In this document: positions 47,625-56,640 of the stretch, piece after piece | Layout: the number at the start of each line of letters is the position of its first letter | Numbering within the stretch: position 1 is the first letter of the stretch | Source of the DNA: Bacteroidales bacterium | GTDB lineage: Bacteria > Bacteroidota > Bacteroidia > Bacteroidales > GCA-2748055 | DNA length: 64,000 nucleotides | Assembly: GCA_046485075.1 (NCBI GenBank) | Contig: JAWOHR010000150.1 | Span: 21,918 to 85,917, forward strand | Direction: 5' to 3' | The notes under the pieces: model-generated | What the model was told of the DNA's origin: nothing | Databases searched by the model: none | The model's input: the letters and a program-made list of their open reading frames with translations, nothing else | Program-made: the position numbers and the translations under genes

Positions 47625-49187
47625 ATGATCGATTCAATTGATATGTCTTTGGTGGACTGGTCAAGGGGGCAATTTGCCCTCACCGCCATGTTTCACTGGA
47701 TTTTCGTGCCATTGACACTCGGTCTCTCATTCATCGTGGCCTTCATGCACACCATATACTTCCGGACCGGTGATGAGGAGTGGAAGCGGATCACCAAATT
47801 CTGGATGAAACTATTCGGGATCAATTTTGCAATCGGGGTCTCCACGGGAATTATCCTTGAATTTGAATTCGGAACCAACTGGTCCAACTACTCGTGGTTC
47901 GTGGGGGATATATTCGGAGCGCCCCTGGCCATTGAAGGAATTCTGGCCTTTTTCATGGAGTCCACCTTTATCGCCGTAATGTTCTTCGGATGGAATAAAG
48001 TGAGTAAACGCTTTCATCTGACCGCCTCCTGGCTCACTGCAATTGGAGCCAATCTGTCGGCCGTCTGGATCCTGGTCGCCAATGCCTGGATGCAACATCC
48101 GGTTGGAACAGCCTTTAACCCCGAGACTGCCCGTAATGAAATGACCAGCTTCTGGGATGTGATATTCTCCGATGTGGCAGTCAATAAGTTTCTTCATACG
48201 GTTACCTCCAGTTTCCTTTTGGGTTCCCTTTTCGTAATCGCGGTCAGCGCCTGGTTTCTGCTTCGGAAAAGGGAGGTGCTTTTTGCAAAGCGAAGTACGA
48301 TTGTCGCTTCGGTTTTCGGGGTTATTGCTGCCATCGCCACCATTACCACAGGCGATACTTCTGCAAGGATCGTGGCCAGGAAACAACCCATGAAATTTGC
48401 AGCCATGGAGGCCCTTTACGAAGGACAGACCCATGCGCCGCTGGTGGCCATCGGGGCCATGCGTACCGATACCACAAAAATCCCCAATCCGCGCGAGGAT
48501 TTTATCTTTAAAATCGAGATTCCCAATGCCCTCTCCTACATGGTTTTCCTGACCCCCAGCGGATTTGTTCCAGGGATTACAGACCTGGTATACGGGAACG
48601 CGGAGCAGGGAATTATCTCTTACGAGAGTAAAATTCAAAGGGGAGTCGTGGCCATACAAACCCTGAAGGAATTGAAAAAGGCGAAGGAGAGAGGGGATGA
48701 AGCCACCTATACGGCCCTGCTGGATAAATTCGGGGATCCGGAGTGGCTCAATACATATTACCAGTACCTCGGGTATGGTTATTACAACGGAAGGGAGCTG
48801 AAAGAGCTGATACCCAATGTGAAATTAAATTTCTACTCCTTTCATGTGATGGTGATGCTGGGATTACATTTCATGATTTTAACCCTGATTGTTCTTTGGT
48901 TAAGCCTAAAGAACAGGTGGGGAGATCATAAATGGCTGTTATGGGTAGCCATCATCACCCTCCCCATGCCCTGGATCGCCAGTCAGAGTGGATGGCTGGT
49001 GGCCGAGATGGGCAGGCAGCCCTGGGTGGTTTATGAGCTGATGCCGACCATTTCAGCCGTAACCAAGCTGAGTCCGGGAGCCGTGCAGGCAACCTTCTGG
49101 ATCTTCCTGGCCACCTTTACCATCCTGTTCATTGCCGAAGTAAAAATTATGGTTACACAGATTAAAAAAGGACCTGGAGGGAAATAG
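47625..49187 (+). CDS. cydA: Cytochrome bd ubiquinol oxidase subunit I
   Basis: 520 aa. FHWIFVPLTLG, GWNKVSK, long Q-loop, C-terminal GWLVAEMGRQPWVV. Confidence 0.95.
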   Translation: MIDSIDMSLVDWSRGQFALTAMFHWIFVPLTLGLSFIVAFMHTIYFRTGDEEWKRITKFWMKLFGINFAIGVSTGIILEFEFGTNWSNYSWFVGDIFGAPLAIEGILAFFMESTFIAVMFFGWNKVSKRFHLTASWLTAIGANLSAVWILVANAWMQHPVGTAFNPETARNEMTSFWDVIFSDVAVNKFLHTVTSSFLLGSLFVIAVSAWFLLRKREVLFAKRSTIVASVFGVIAAIATITTGDTSARIVARKQPMKFAAMEALYEGQTHAPLVAIGAMRTDTTKIPNPREDFIFKIEIPNALSYMVFLTPSGFVPGITDLVYGNAEQGIISYESKIQRGVVAIQTLKELKKAKERGDEATYTALLDKFGDPEWLNTYYQYLGYGYYNGRELKELIPNVKLNFYSFHVMVMLGLHFMILTLIVLWLSLKNRWGDHKWLLWVAIITLPMPWIASQSGWLVAEMGRQPWVVYELMPTISAVTKLSPGAVQATFWIFLATFTILFIAEVKIMVTQIKKGPGGK

Positions 49188-49189
49188 TT

Positions 49190-50320
49190 ATGTTTGGAAA
49201 TCTTTCATATCTGGCATTACAGCAATACTGGTTTGTCATTGTATCCCTTCTGGGAGCCATCCTGGTCTTTCTCTTTTTCGTGCAGGGTGGCCAGACTTTC
49301 ATATTCCGTATTGGAAAATCAGAATCGGAACGGACCATCATCGTGAATACCCTGGGCCGAAAGTGGGAGTTCACCTTCACCACCCTTGTTACTTTCGGAG
49401 GCGCTTTCTTCGCATCTTTTCCCCTGTTTTATGCCACCAGTTTCGGTGGAGCCTACTGGGTATGGATGGCTATCCTGTTTGCCTTCGTAATCCAGGCGGT
49501 ATCCTATGAGTTTCGCACAAAGGCCAGCAATTTCCTGGGACAGCGCACCTATGAAAGGTTTCTCTTTCTGAACGGGTTACTGGGGACCTTCCTGGTGGGT
49601 GTGGCGGTGGCAACCTTCTTTTCAGGGGCCCGGTTTTCATTGAATGAGATGAACAGTGTCACCTGGGCCACAGAGGTACGCGGACTGGAGGCAGCATTGA
49701 GTTTGTTCAACCTTTCGCTGGGTCTGACCGTTTTTTTCCTGGCCAGGGTATTGGGACTTCTCTATTTCATGAAGACCATCGACAATGAGAATATTATTGC
49801 CAGGACCAAAAAGGCATTGATTTGGAACGCTGTTCCCTTCCTGGTATTCTTCCTGGTATTCGCCGTATGGCTCATGCTCAGGGATGGTTTCGCAGTGAAT
49901 CCCGAAACAGGCGTTATTTTTATGGAGCCCTATAAATACCTGCACAACCTTGTGGCCATGCCCATCGTCCTGCTCCTTTTCCTGGTGGGGGTAGTGGCCG
50001 TCCTGGGTGGTATTGCCAGCGGAATTTTGAGGGATTCCGGCAACGGAATCTGGTTTGCAGGTCCGGGTACTGTCATGGTGGTCTTCTCGCTTTTTATGCT
50101 GGCGGGTATGAACAACACAGCATTCTATCCCTCATCATACGATCTGCAAAGCTCACTGACCATTGTGAATGCATCCTCAAGTCGCTATACGCTGGTGGCC
50201 ATGAGCTGGGTATCGCTTTTTGTGCCTTTCGTACTGGCCTATATCATTTATGCATGGAGGTCGCTGAATAAAAAGAAGATTGATGAGAAGGAGATGGAAT
50301 CGGAGCATCATGTATATTAG
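49190..50320 (+). CDS. cydB: Cytochrome bd ubiquinol oxidase subunit II
   Basis: 376 aa, polytopic. Starts 2 nt after the cydA stop. Confidence 0.9.
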   Translation: MFGNLSYLALQQYWFVIVSLLGAILVFLFFVQGGQTFIFRIGKSESERTIIVNTLGRKWEFTFTTLVTFGGAFFASFPLFYATSFGGAYWVWMAILFAFVIQAVSYEFRTKASNFLGQRTYERFLFLNGLLGTFLVGVAVATFFSGARFSLNEMNSVTWATEVRGLEAALSLFNLSLGLTVFFLARVLGLLYFMKTIDNENIIARTKKALIWNAVPFLVFFLVFAVWLMLRDGFAVNPETGVIFMEPYKYLHNLVAMPIVLLLFLVGVVAVLGGIASGILRDSGNGIWFAGPGTVMVVFSLFMLAGMNNTAFYPSSYDLQSSLTIVNASSSRYTLVAMSWVSLFVPFVLAYIIYAWRSLNKKKIDEKEMESEHHVY

Positions 50321-50387
50321 TGCACAGTAAACAGTGCACAGTGCACAGTGGAAAGTGCTCAGTGGACAGTGGACAGTGCTCAGTGCA
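50318..50387 (+). repeat. Heptanucleotide tandem array, 10 units, fused to the TAG stop of cydB, followed by T7
   Basis: TAGTGCA CAGTAAA CAGTGCA CAGTGCA CAGTGGA AAGTGCT CAGTGGA CAGTGGA CAGTGCT CAGTGCA, then TTTTTTT. Confidence 0.9.
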
Positions 50388-50430
50388 TTTTTTTATGAAT
50401 CATTCGGGTTAGAACAAAAACTTTTAATTG

Positions 50431-50559
50431 ATGTATATAGGAGCAATCATCGGATACCTGTCGTGGCCCTTTATGATCGCGGTCAGTTACTATTTGGTGC
50501 GCTGGGCACTCCGTTATTTTGAAAAACAACAGGCACGGGCAGAACGTACTGAAGAGTAA
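50431..50559 (+). CDS. Candidate 42-aa single-TM small protein (below the ORF-track cutoff)
   Basis: ATG...TAA translated by hand: MYIGAIIGYLSWPFMIAVSYYLVRWALRYFEKQQARAERTEE. One hydrophobic helix then a charged tail. A/T-rich upstream context. Ends 9 nt before the pssA ATG. Confidence 0.35.
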   Translation: MYIGAIIGYLSWPFMIAVSYYLVRWALRYFEKQQARAERTEE

Positions 50560-50568
50560 CGGATCCCT

Positions 50569-51297
50569 ATGAAAAAGCACCTCCCCAACCTGTTTACCCT
50601 GCTGAACCTTTCCTGCGGGGTGGTGGCCATTGTCCTTACCCTTGAAGGACAATGGCATTGGTCTGTTTATCTCCTGTTGATTGCCGCACTTTTCGATTTC
50701 CTTGATGGTATGACAGCCCGGTTGCTCAAGGCCACCAGCGAGATTGGAAAGCAGCTCGATTCATTGGCCGATATGGTCACATTCGGGTTGCTTCCGGCCA
50801 TTTTTATTTACTCAATTTTCAGACAACAATTTGTTTTGGCCGATGCTGTACTCTATCCCCGATCTCTGCAGTGGCTGATACTCCTGTCGGTGATCATGGT
50901 ACCTGTTCTGTCAGCAATACGGCTGGCCCGGTTCAACCTGGAAGAGCGCGGTGCTACTTTTTTCATTGGGTTGCCCACCCCGGCGCATGCCCTTTTCTGG
51001 GCCGGCCTTTACTGGCAGTTTATGAAGGATGAGGTGCTCTTTGGTACTGCGGTAAACCTCTATTTTCTGTGGGCTGTGATGTGGATTATGGCATTGCATA
51101 TGATCATGCCGGTTCCCATGTATTCCCTGAAGTTTAAAAATTTTAATCTCAGAGGAAACCTGATCCGTTATATTCTGCTCATGATTTCAGGGATTGTCCT
51201 GGTCCTTACAGGGATTCCCGGGATCACACTGGTGATCTTAACCTATATATTACTCTCTCTTCTGAACCTTTTGCTACAGATAAGGGTTTCCCATTAG
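50569..51297 (+). CDS. pssA: CDP-diacylglycerol--serine O-phosphatidyltransferase (CDP-alcohol phosphatidyltransferase family)
   Basis: 242 aa. DFLDGMTARLLKATSEIGKQLDSLADMVTFG motif (D-G-x2-A-R-x8-G-x3-D-x3-D). Confidence 0.85.
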   Translation: MKKHLPNLFTLLNLSCGVVAIVLTLEGQWHWSVYLLLIAALFDFLDGMTARLLKATSEIGKQLDSLADMVTFGLLPAIFIYSIFRQQFVLADAVLYPRSLQWLILLSVIMVPVLSAIRLARFNLEERGATFFIGLPTPAHALFWAGLYWQFMKDEVLFGTAVNLYFLWAVMWIMALHMIMPVPMYSLKFKNFNLRGNLIRYILLMISGIVLVLTGIPGITLVILTYILLSLLNLLLQIRVSH

Positions 51298-51329
51298 GGA
51301 ATTCAGGTTTTCCCATTAACCAATAGCAA

Positions 51330-52172
51330 ATGAGCAGACCATACCAGTCCTTCGCCAGAAGGATCAGTGAATTCAGTAACGGAAATTGCACTGCCGTACC
51401 GTCCGTTGCGGAGACCCATAAGTTTACAGACTCCCTGATTAAAGCCCTCTTCCCCATCATGGAAAACAGGTCCTCCGATCCGGATGGACTTGCTTTGGAG
51501 CTGGAGCGCTGTACCATCAGGTTGAAGGATCTACTCCGATCCATCGACAAATCATTGCTGCAATCACCCGAAGGGCTGGTCTCCCTGTTTTTCCAGAGGC
51601 TTCCCGGGGTATTCGAACAGCTGGTCTCCGATGCCGAGTCCATCACCCGTTTTGACCCCGCCTCCAGCTGTGTGGAGGAGATCGTTCTTTGTTATCCCGG
51701 CTTCTACTGTATCACGGTTTACCGCCTTGCCAATATCCTTTATAATCTGGGCGTACCTGTAATTCCCCGGGTGATGACAGAGTATGCCCACGGCAAAACC
51801 GGGATCGACATCAACCCGGGTGCGGAAATTGGTTCTCCCTTTTTCATCGATCATGGAACCGGAATCGTAATCGGGGAGACCGCCCGGATCGGTGAGCATG
51901 TGAAGATTTACCAGGGGGTGACCCTGGGAGCCCTTACCGTGGAGAAGAGACTGGCCAAAACCAAGCGTCACCCCACCATTGAGGATCACGTGGTGATCTA
52001 TGCAGGGAGCACCATCCTGGGGGGCGAGACCACCATCGGTCACCATACGGTGGTGGGAGGGAATACCTGGATCACCGAAAGCGTAATTCCCTACTCGGTG
52101 GTTTACAGAAACCACCGGGTGGTGATCAGGGATAGCAGGGATTATAAAGCACCCTATGATTTTGTGATATAG
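51330..52172 (+). CDS. cysE: Serine O-acetyltransferase
   Basis: 280 aa. Hexapeptide-repeat region GIDINPGAEIGSPFFIDHGTGIVIGETARIGEHVKIYQGVTLG. Adjacent to cysK. Confidence 0.85.
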   Translation: MSRPYQSFARRISEFSNGNCTAVPSVAETHKFTDSLIKALFPIMENRSSDPDGLALELERCTIRLKDLLRSIDKSLLQSPEGLVSLFFQRLPGVFEQLVSDAESITRFDPASSCVEEIVLCYPGFYCITVYRLANILYNLGVPVIPRVMTEYAHGKTGIDINPGAEIGSPFFIDHGTGIVIGETARIGEHVKIYQGVTLGALTVEKRLAKTKRHPTIEDHVVIYAGSTILGGETTIGHHTVVGGNTWITESVIPYSVVYRNHRVVIRDSRDYKAPYDFVI

Positions 52173-52194
52173 AAAAGATTCAAACGAATAGATT

Positions 52195-53106
52195 ATGAAA
52201 TACGAAAATATATTGGAGAGCATTGGAAATACCCCTCACCTGCGTTTGGGAAAATTGTTTCCCGGTGCGGGGAATGTCTGGGTAAAGCTTGAGCGGGTTA
52301 ATCCCGGGGGGAGTATCAAGGATCGTATTGCCGATGCCATGGTAAGTGATGCTGAGGTGAGGGGGGTTTTGCCAAAAGGGGCGACCATCATCGAACCTAC
52401 ATCAGGAAATACCGGGATCGGGCTGGCCATGGTTGCTGCAGTGAAGGGATACAGGATCATCCTGGTCATGCCAGAATCCATGTCGGTGGAGCGTAGAAAC
52501 ATCCTCAGGGCATATGGTGCGGAGATCGTTCTTACACCCCGTGAGAAAGGGATGAAGGGGTCCATGGCCAGGGCTGAAGAGCTGGCTTCGGAAATTACCC
52601 CTTCCTGGATTCCCTCCCAATTTGACAACAGTGCCAATCCGGCCATCCATGAGGCCACAACCGCGAGGGAAATTCTGGCCGATTTCACTGGCGGGATCGA
52701 TTATTTGGTGACGGGGGTGGGTACAGGTGGACATATTACCGGTGTGGCCAGGTTACTGAAGAAGGAGATGCCTGCATTAAAGGTGTTCGCAGTGGAGCCT
52801 GCGGAGTCGGCAGTCATTGCCGGGGGAGAACCCTCCCCACATGGAATCATGGGAATTGGTGCCGGTTTTATTCCCCCGAACCTGGATACCTCTCTGCTGG
52901 ATGGCACCATTGCCATAACAAAGGCTGAAGCGTACGATTATGCCCGCAGGGCTGCAAGGGAAGAGGGACTTTTTGGAGGAATTTCATCGGGAGCCTCCCT
53001 GGCGGCAGTCTCCAGGTTGTTAAAACAGGTGGATCCCGGTTCAACCATCCTTACCTTCAATTACGATACAGGGGAAAGATATCTTTCAGTAGATGATCTC
53101 TTTTAA
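52195..53106 (+). CDS. cysK: Cysteine synthase A (O-acetylserine sulfhydrylase)
   Basis: 303 aa. NPGGSIKDR (PLP lysine), [20 protein letters not shown]. Confidence 0.95.
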   Translation: MKYENILESIGNTPHLRLGKLFPGAGNVWVKLERVNPGGSIKDRIADAMVSDAEVRGVLPKGATIIEPTSGNTGIGLAMVAAVKGYRIILVMPESMSVERRNILRAYGAEIVLTPREKGMKGSMARAEELASEITPSWIPSQFDNSANPAIHEATTAREILADFTGGIDYLVTGVGTGGHITGVARLLKKEMPALKVFAVEPAESAVIAGGEPSPHGIMGIGAGFIPPNLDTSLLDGTIAITKAEAYDYARRAAREEGLFGGISSGASLAAVSRLLKQVDPGSTILTFNYDTGERYLSVDDLF

Positions 53107-53141
53107 GAGGTTTTTGTATTTTTGAGCCAATTGTTGCTTTT

Positions 53142-53573
53142 ATGATGGAAATCCCTCTTAAAATTGCTGTCGATTTTGACGGTACCATAGTTGAACACAG
53201 ATATCCGGCCATCGGGAAGGAGCTTCTTTTCGCTTTCGATACCCTGCGTGCACTGCAGAAACAAAAGCACCTGCTGATTCTTTGGACCTACCGTACCGGA
53301 AAGGAGCTGGATGAGGCAGTGGAATTTTGCAGGCAGAACGGGGTTGAGTTTTACGCGGTAAACAAAAGCTACCCGGAGGAGGTGTTTGATGACCTCTACT
53401 CCAGCCGGAAGATCGAGGCAGACCTTTTCATTGACGACAGAAATATAGGGGGAATGCTTGGCTGGGGTGAAATCTACCATTTGATCAATCCCAATGAACA
53501 ACCCGACTTGCAGAAAGAGCTGAACAGCCTTCCCCGGAAACGACCCTTTTTAAAACGCCTCCTGGGTATTTAA
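53142..53573 (+). CDS. Small HAD-like hypothetical protein
   Basis: 143 aa. N-terminal DxDxT-type motif (VDFDGTIV). No further family assignment. Confidence 0.4.
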   Translation: MMEIPLKIAVDFDGTIVEHRYPAIGKELLFAFDTLRALQKQKHLLILWTYRTGKELDEAVEFCRQNGVEFYAVNKSYPEEVFDDLYSSRKIEADLFIDDRNIGGMLGWGEIYHLINPNEQPDLQKELNSLPRKRPFLKRLLGI

Positions 53574-53586
53574 TTCCAGTTAAGAG

Positions 53587-54711
53587 ATGACCAGAATCCT
53601 TCTTCCCCTTCTTGTGGCCACGGTAATGCTTTCAGGGTGCGGACCAAGGAATGGTGTCTCCGCAAAGAAGGAGCCCTCAAAACAGCAGGCCCCTGCTGCT
53701 CAGGCCAGACTTTCTACCCTTGTGGAACCGGAAGAGTCGGTTATGTTGACGCTGGGTATGGATATCCCGGTTCGGTTGGAGTATCCCGACACGGTTTCGG
53801 TCGATTCGGTACAGATCTTCCTGGGTGGTACACTGATTCATACCCTGGAAGCCGCTACCGGCTTTCCTGAAGGCGGGCCGGTGGAGGCGAGGATTCCCAC
53901 CGGGTCGGAGAGAACCGGCAGATCCGGTGTTAGGTTGAGGGTTTTCTTCAAAGGCGGAGGCTCCGAGAATCAGAGTCGGCAGGTCACCCTCTTGTCGGAT
54001 CTGAAACCCGTGGAGTATGGATTCTCCCTGGTAAAGGAGTACCCGCACGATGTGGAGGCATATACCCAGGGACTGCAATTTATGGATGGATGGCTCTATG
54101 AGGGGACCGGTAACTATGGCACCTCCTCCCTGAGAAAGGTGAACCTGGAATCCGGGGAGGTGGTGAAGATCCGAAACCTGGATCCCACTCTTTTCGGGGA
54201 AGGAATCACATTGATGGGTGAGCGGATCTACCAGCTTACCTATAAGTCACAGGTTGGCTTTATCTATGATAAATCATCCTTTGATGAGATTCAGAAGGTT
54301 TATTATCAGAATAAGGAGGGGTGGGGGCTTACGCACAATGGAAAGGAGCTGATCATGAGCGACGGTACCCATGTGATCTATTTTCTCGATCCCGGTTTGT
54401 TTACCGTAAACAGGCAGATCGAGGTTTATAACGATCAGGGACCTGTCCAGAGCCTGAATGAACTGGAGTATATCCATGGAAAAATTTGGGCCAACAGGTA
54501 CTATACCGATGAGATTGTGATCATTGATCCTGAAACAGGTAAGGTGGAGGGGCGCATCAATCTGAAGGGAATTCTGAAAGCGGGCGACCGTAAGTCCAAT
54601 ACGGATGTTCTGAATGGCATTGCATGGGATGAAGAGGGTGACCGGCTTTTTGTAACCGGGAAGTTCTGGCCCAAACTATTTGAAATCAGGCTATCCTCTC
54701 CCCTGAAATAA
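53587..54711 (+). CDS. Glutaminyl-peptide cyclotransferase (beta-propeller type) lipoprotein with N-terminal extra domain
   Basis: Lipobox VMLSGC. YTQGLQFMDGWLYEGTGNYGTSSLRKVNLESGEV and NGIAWDEEGDRLFVTGKFWP. Confidence 0.75.
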   Translation: MTRILLPLLVATVMLSGCGPRNGVSAKKEPSKQQAPAAQARLSTLVEPEESVMLTLGMDIPVRLEYPDTVSVDSVQIFLGGTLIHTLEAATGFPEGGPVEARIPTGSERTGRSGVRLRVFFKGGGSENQSRQVTLLSDLKPVEYGFSLVKEYPHDVEAYTQGLQFMDGWLYEGTGNYGTSSLRKVNLESGEVVKIRNLDPTLFGEGITLMGERIYQLTYKSQVGFIYDKSSFDEIQKVYYQNKEGWGLTHNGKELIMSDGTHVIYFLDPGLFTVNRQIEVYNDQGPVQSLNELEYIHGKIWANRYYTDEIVIIDPETGKVEGRINLKGILKAGDRKSNTDVLNGIAWDEEGDRLFVTGKFWPKLFEIRLSSPLK

Positions 54712-55624
54712 TCCGCACACTTCTCGGAATGATCCGGAAACTGGCCGGACCCTGGCCCAGTGTTTCCCCGTCGGTCTCCAGCTGCAGTTTTGAGGTACCC
54801 CCGATCTGAACCGATTGTCCCAGGTAAGTCTCAACCCGGCTGTGGTTGACTATACTCCCGTTATAAAGGCGTTTTACGTTGGCAAGTACATTCAGTTTCC
54901 CTATTTTTTTGATCAGTGTGATCGAGTAGAGACCATCGTCGGCAATGGCGTGAGGTACCTGGATCATGCCGCCTCCATTGTATTTACATATTCCCACATT
55001 CATGGAGAAGATGCTCCGGTTAAAGGATAGTCCGTCTATCTGGATATCCGCTTTTTGAGCTTTGTAGCCCATCAGGCTGGTAAAAATGTTGTAGAAGTAT
55101 AACAGGGAACTGCTTTTCCCCCTGTCCTTCATACGGTTTGAACGCGCCACCACCCTGGCACCGAAACCCATCCCTGCAATATTGATGAAATACCGTTTCC
55201 ACTCCTTCCCGTTTTTGGTATACTGTACCAGTCCGGCATCCTGGATAAAGGTGCGTTGTTTTTTGATGGTTTTCACAGCCTCCTCATAGTCAAGCGGAAT
55301 GTTAAACATTTTTGCCCAATCATTTCCGGTTCCCACTGAGATCATCCCCAGCATCACCTCGGTGGTGTGAACAACCCCCTGGGCAAAGAGACCATTGATC
55401 ACTTCGTTCATGGTTCCATCACCCCCCACCACAATAATCCGGGAGTAGCCCTCTTTGATCTTGGTTCTGGCAATAATCGCTGCATGAAGCCGCCTGTTGG
55501 TGAAAAAGGGTTCAAAATTAATCCCGTGTTTCCGCAGGCAAGTTTCTATTTCGGGCCAGTCCCGCTCGGTTTTTCCTCCGCCTGCTGCCTTATTTACGAT
55601 CACAATCCAGTTGGTCTTGCTCAT
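54686..55624 (-). CDS. Diacylglycerol/lipid kinase family protein (YegS/BmrU-like)
   Basis: Start set at MSKTNWIVIVNKAAGGGK. IIVVGGDGTMNEVINGL and GTGNDWAK motifs. Confidence 0.85.
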   Translation of the reverse strand: MSKTNWIVIVNKAAGGGKTERDWPEIETCLRKHGINFEPFFTNRRLHAAIIARTKIKEGYSRIIVVGGDGTMNEVINGLFAQGVVHTTEVMLGMISVGTGNDWAKMFNIPLDYEEAVKTIKKQRTFIQDAGLVQYTKNGKEWKRYFINIAGMGFGARVVARSNRMKDRGKSSSLLYFYNIFTSLMGYKAQKADIQIDGLSFNRSIFSMNVGICKYNGGGMIQVPHAIADDGLYSITLIKKIGKLNVLANVKRLYNGSIVNHSRVETYLGQSVQIGGTSKLQLETDGETLGQGPASFRIIPRSVRIISGERIA

Positions 55625-55731
55625 TATGATTCTTCTGATCCGCAACAAAGATAGTCAAGTTATAAGCATGGATTGTTGATAAGGTGTTCAAAAATGAAAA
55701 ATCATTGTTTACAATAACGAAATGACTAAAA

Positions 55732-55761
55732 TTTGCGGGGGAGACTAAAATAGTAAATTTG
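55732..55761 (+). promoter_or_regulatory. Candidate promoter for parAB (TTTG-N18-TAAATTTG)
   Basis: -33 TTTG at 55732..55735 and exact -7 TAnnTTTG at 55754..55761. Spacing is one nt shorter than the usual 19-21. ~66-nt leader to the parA ATG. Confidence 0.4.
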
Positions 55762-55827
55762 AACCCTGCAAGCGAGAAGAGAAGAGACCATCCCGTTTCT
55801 ATTAAATCAATCAGAAAAAAAAAGCCA

Positions 55828-56628
55828 ATGGGAAAAGTAATTGCATTAGCGAATCAGAAGGGAGGAGTCGGGAAAACTACGTCTGCCATTAACCTGGGAG
55901 CCAGCCTGGCTGTGCTTGAGAAGAGGGTATTGATCATCGATGCTGACCCACAGGCAAATGCAACTTCCGGATCAGGGTTTGATATCAAGAAGGTGAAGAC
56001 CAGCATTTATGAGTGCCTCATTGAGGATGCGGATCCACGTAAAATTATTCTCAACAGCGAGATCGAGCTTCTGGATCTGATCCCATCGCACATCGACCTG
56101 GTGGGGGCTGAGATCGAGATGCTGAATATGAACGAACGTGAATACATGCTTAAAAATGTGATTGCGCAGGTGAGGGACGATTATGATTATATCCTGATTG
56201 ACTGCTCTCCCTCTCTGGGGCTGATCACGGTCAATGCATTAACGGCTGCCGATTCTGTAATCATACCGGTACAGTGCGAGTATTTCGCTTTGGAGGGGTT
56301 GGGGAAACTTCTGAATACCATCAATATCATTCAGCGGGGTCTTAATCCCGAACTGGAAATTGAAGGCTTCCTGCTTACCATGTACGATGGCAGGCTAAGG
56401 TTATCCAACCAGGTGGTGGATGAGGTGAAGAAGCATTTTCAGCAAATGGTCTTTGAAACGATCATCCAGAGGAACATTAAACTCAGCGAGGCGCCCAGTT
56501 TTGGGAAACCGGCCATTTTGTATGATGCCGAGTCGAGGGGCGCTGTGAGTTACCTTAACCTGGCCAGGGAAATCCTGCAGAAGAACGAGGAGACCCTTCT
56601 TAAACAGGAAGAAAAAGTACTGGACTAA
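55828..56628 (+). CDS. parA: Chromosome partitioning ATPase ParA/Soj
   Basis: Start at [18 protein letters not shown] (deviant Walker A). The ORF-track start 69 nt upstream was rejected. Confidence 0.95.
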   Translation: MGKVIALANQKGGVGKTTSAINLGASLAVLEKRVLIIDADPQANATSGSGFDIKKVKTSIYECLIEDADPRKIILNSEIELLDLIPSHIDLVGAEIEMLNMNEREYMLKNVIAQVRDDYDYILIDCSPSLGLITVNALTAADSVIIPVQCEYFALEGLGKLLNTINIIQRGLNPELEIEGFLLTMYDGRLRLSNQVVDEVKKHFQQMVFETIIQRNIKLSEAPSFGKPAILYDAESRGAVSYLNLAREILQKNEETLLKQEEKVLD

Positions 56629-56640
56629 TTAGACATCTCT

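Noticed and set aside
50325-50346. CACAGTG heptamers identical to the V(D)J recombination signal heptamer
   Set aside because: This is a coincidental match to a 7-mer, and there is no nonamer or any biological rationale in a bacterium.
50334-50522. 62-aa ORF (MHSAQWKVLSGQWTVLSAFF...) after cydB
   Set aside because: The ORF starts inside the heptamer array, so its N-terminus is a repeat translation, and it lacks membrane or domain features. The 42-aa ORF in another frame (50431..50559) is a more protein-like alternative.
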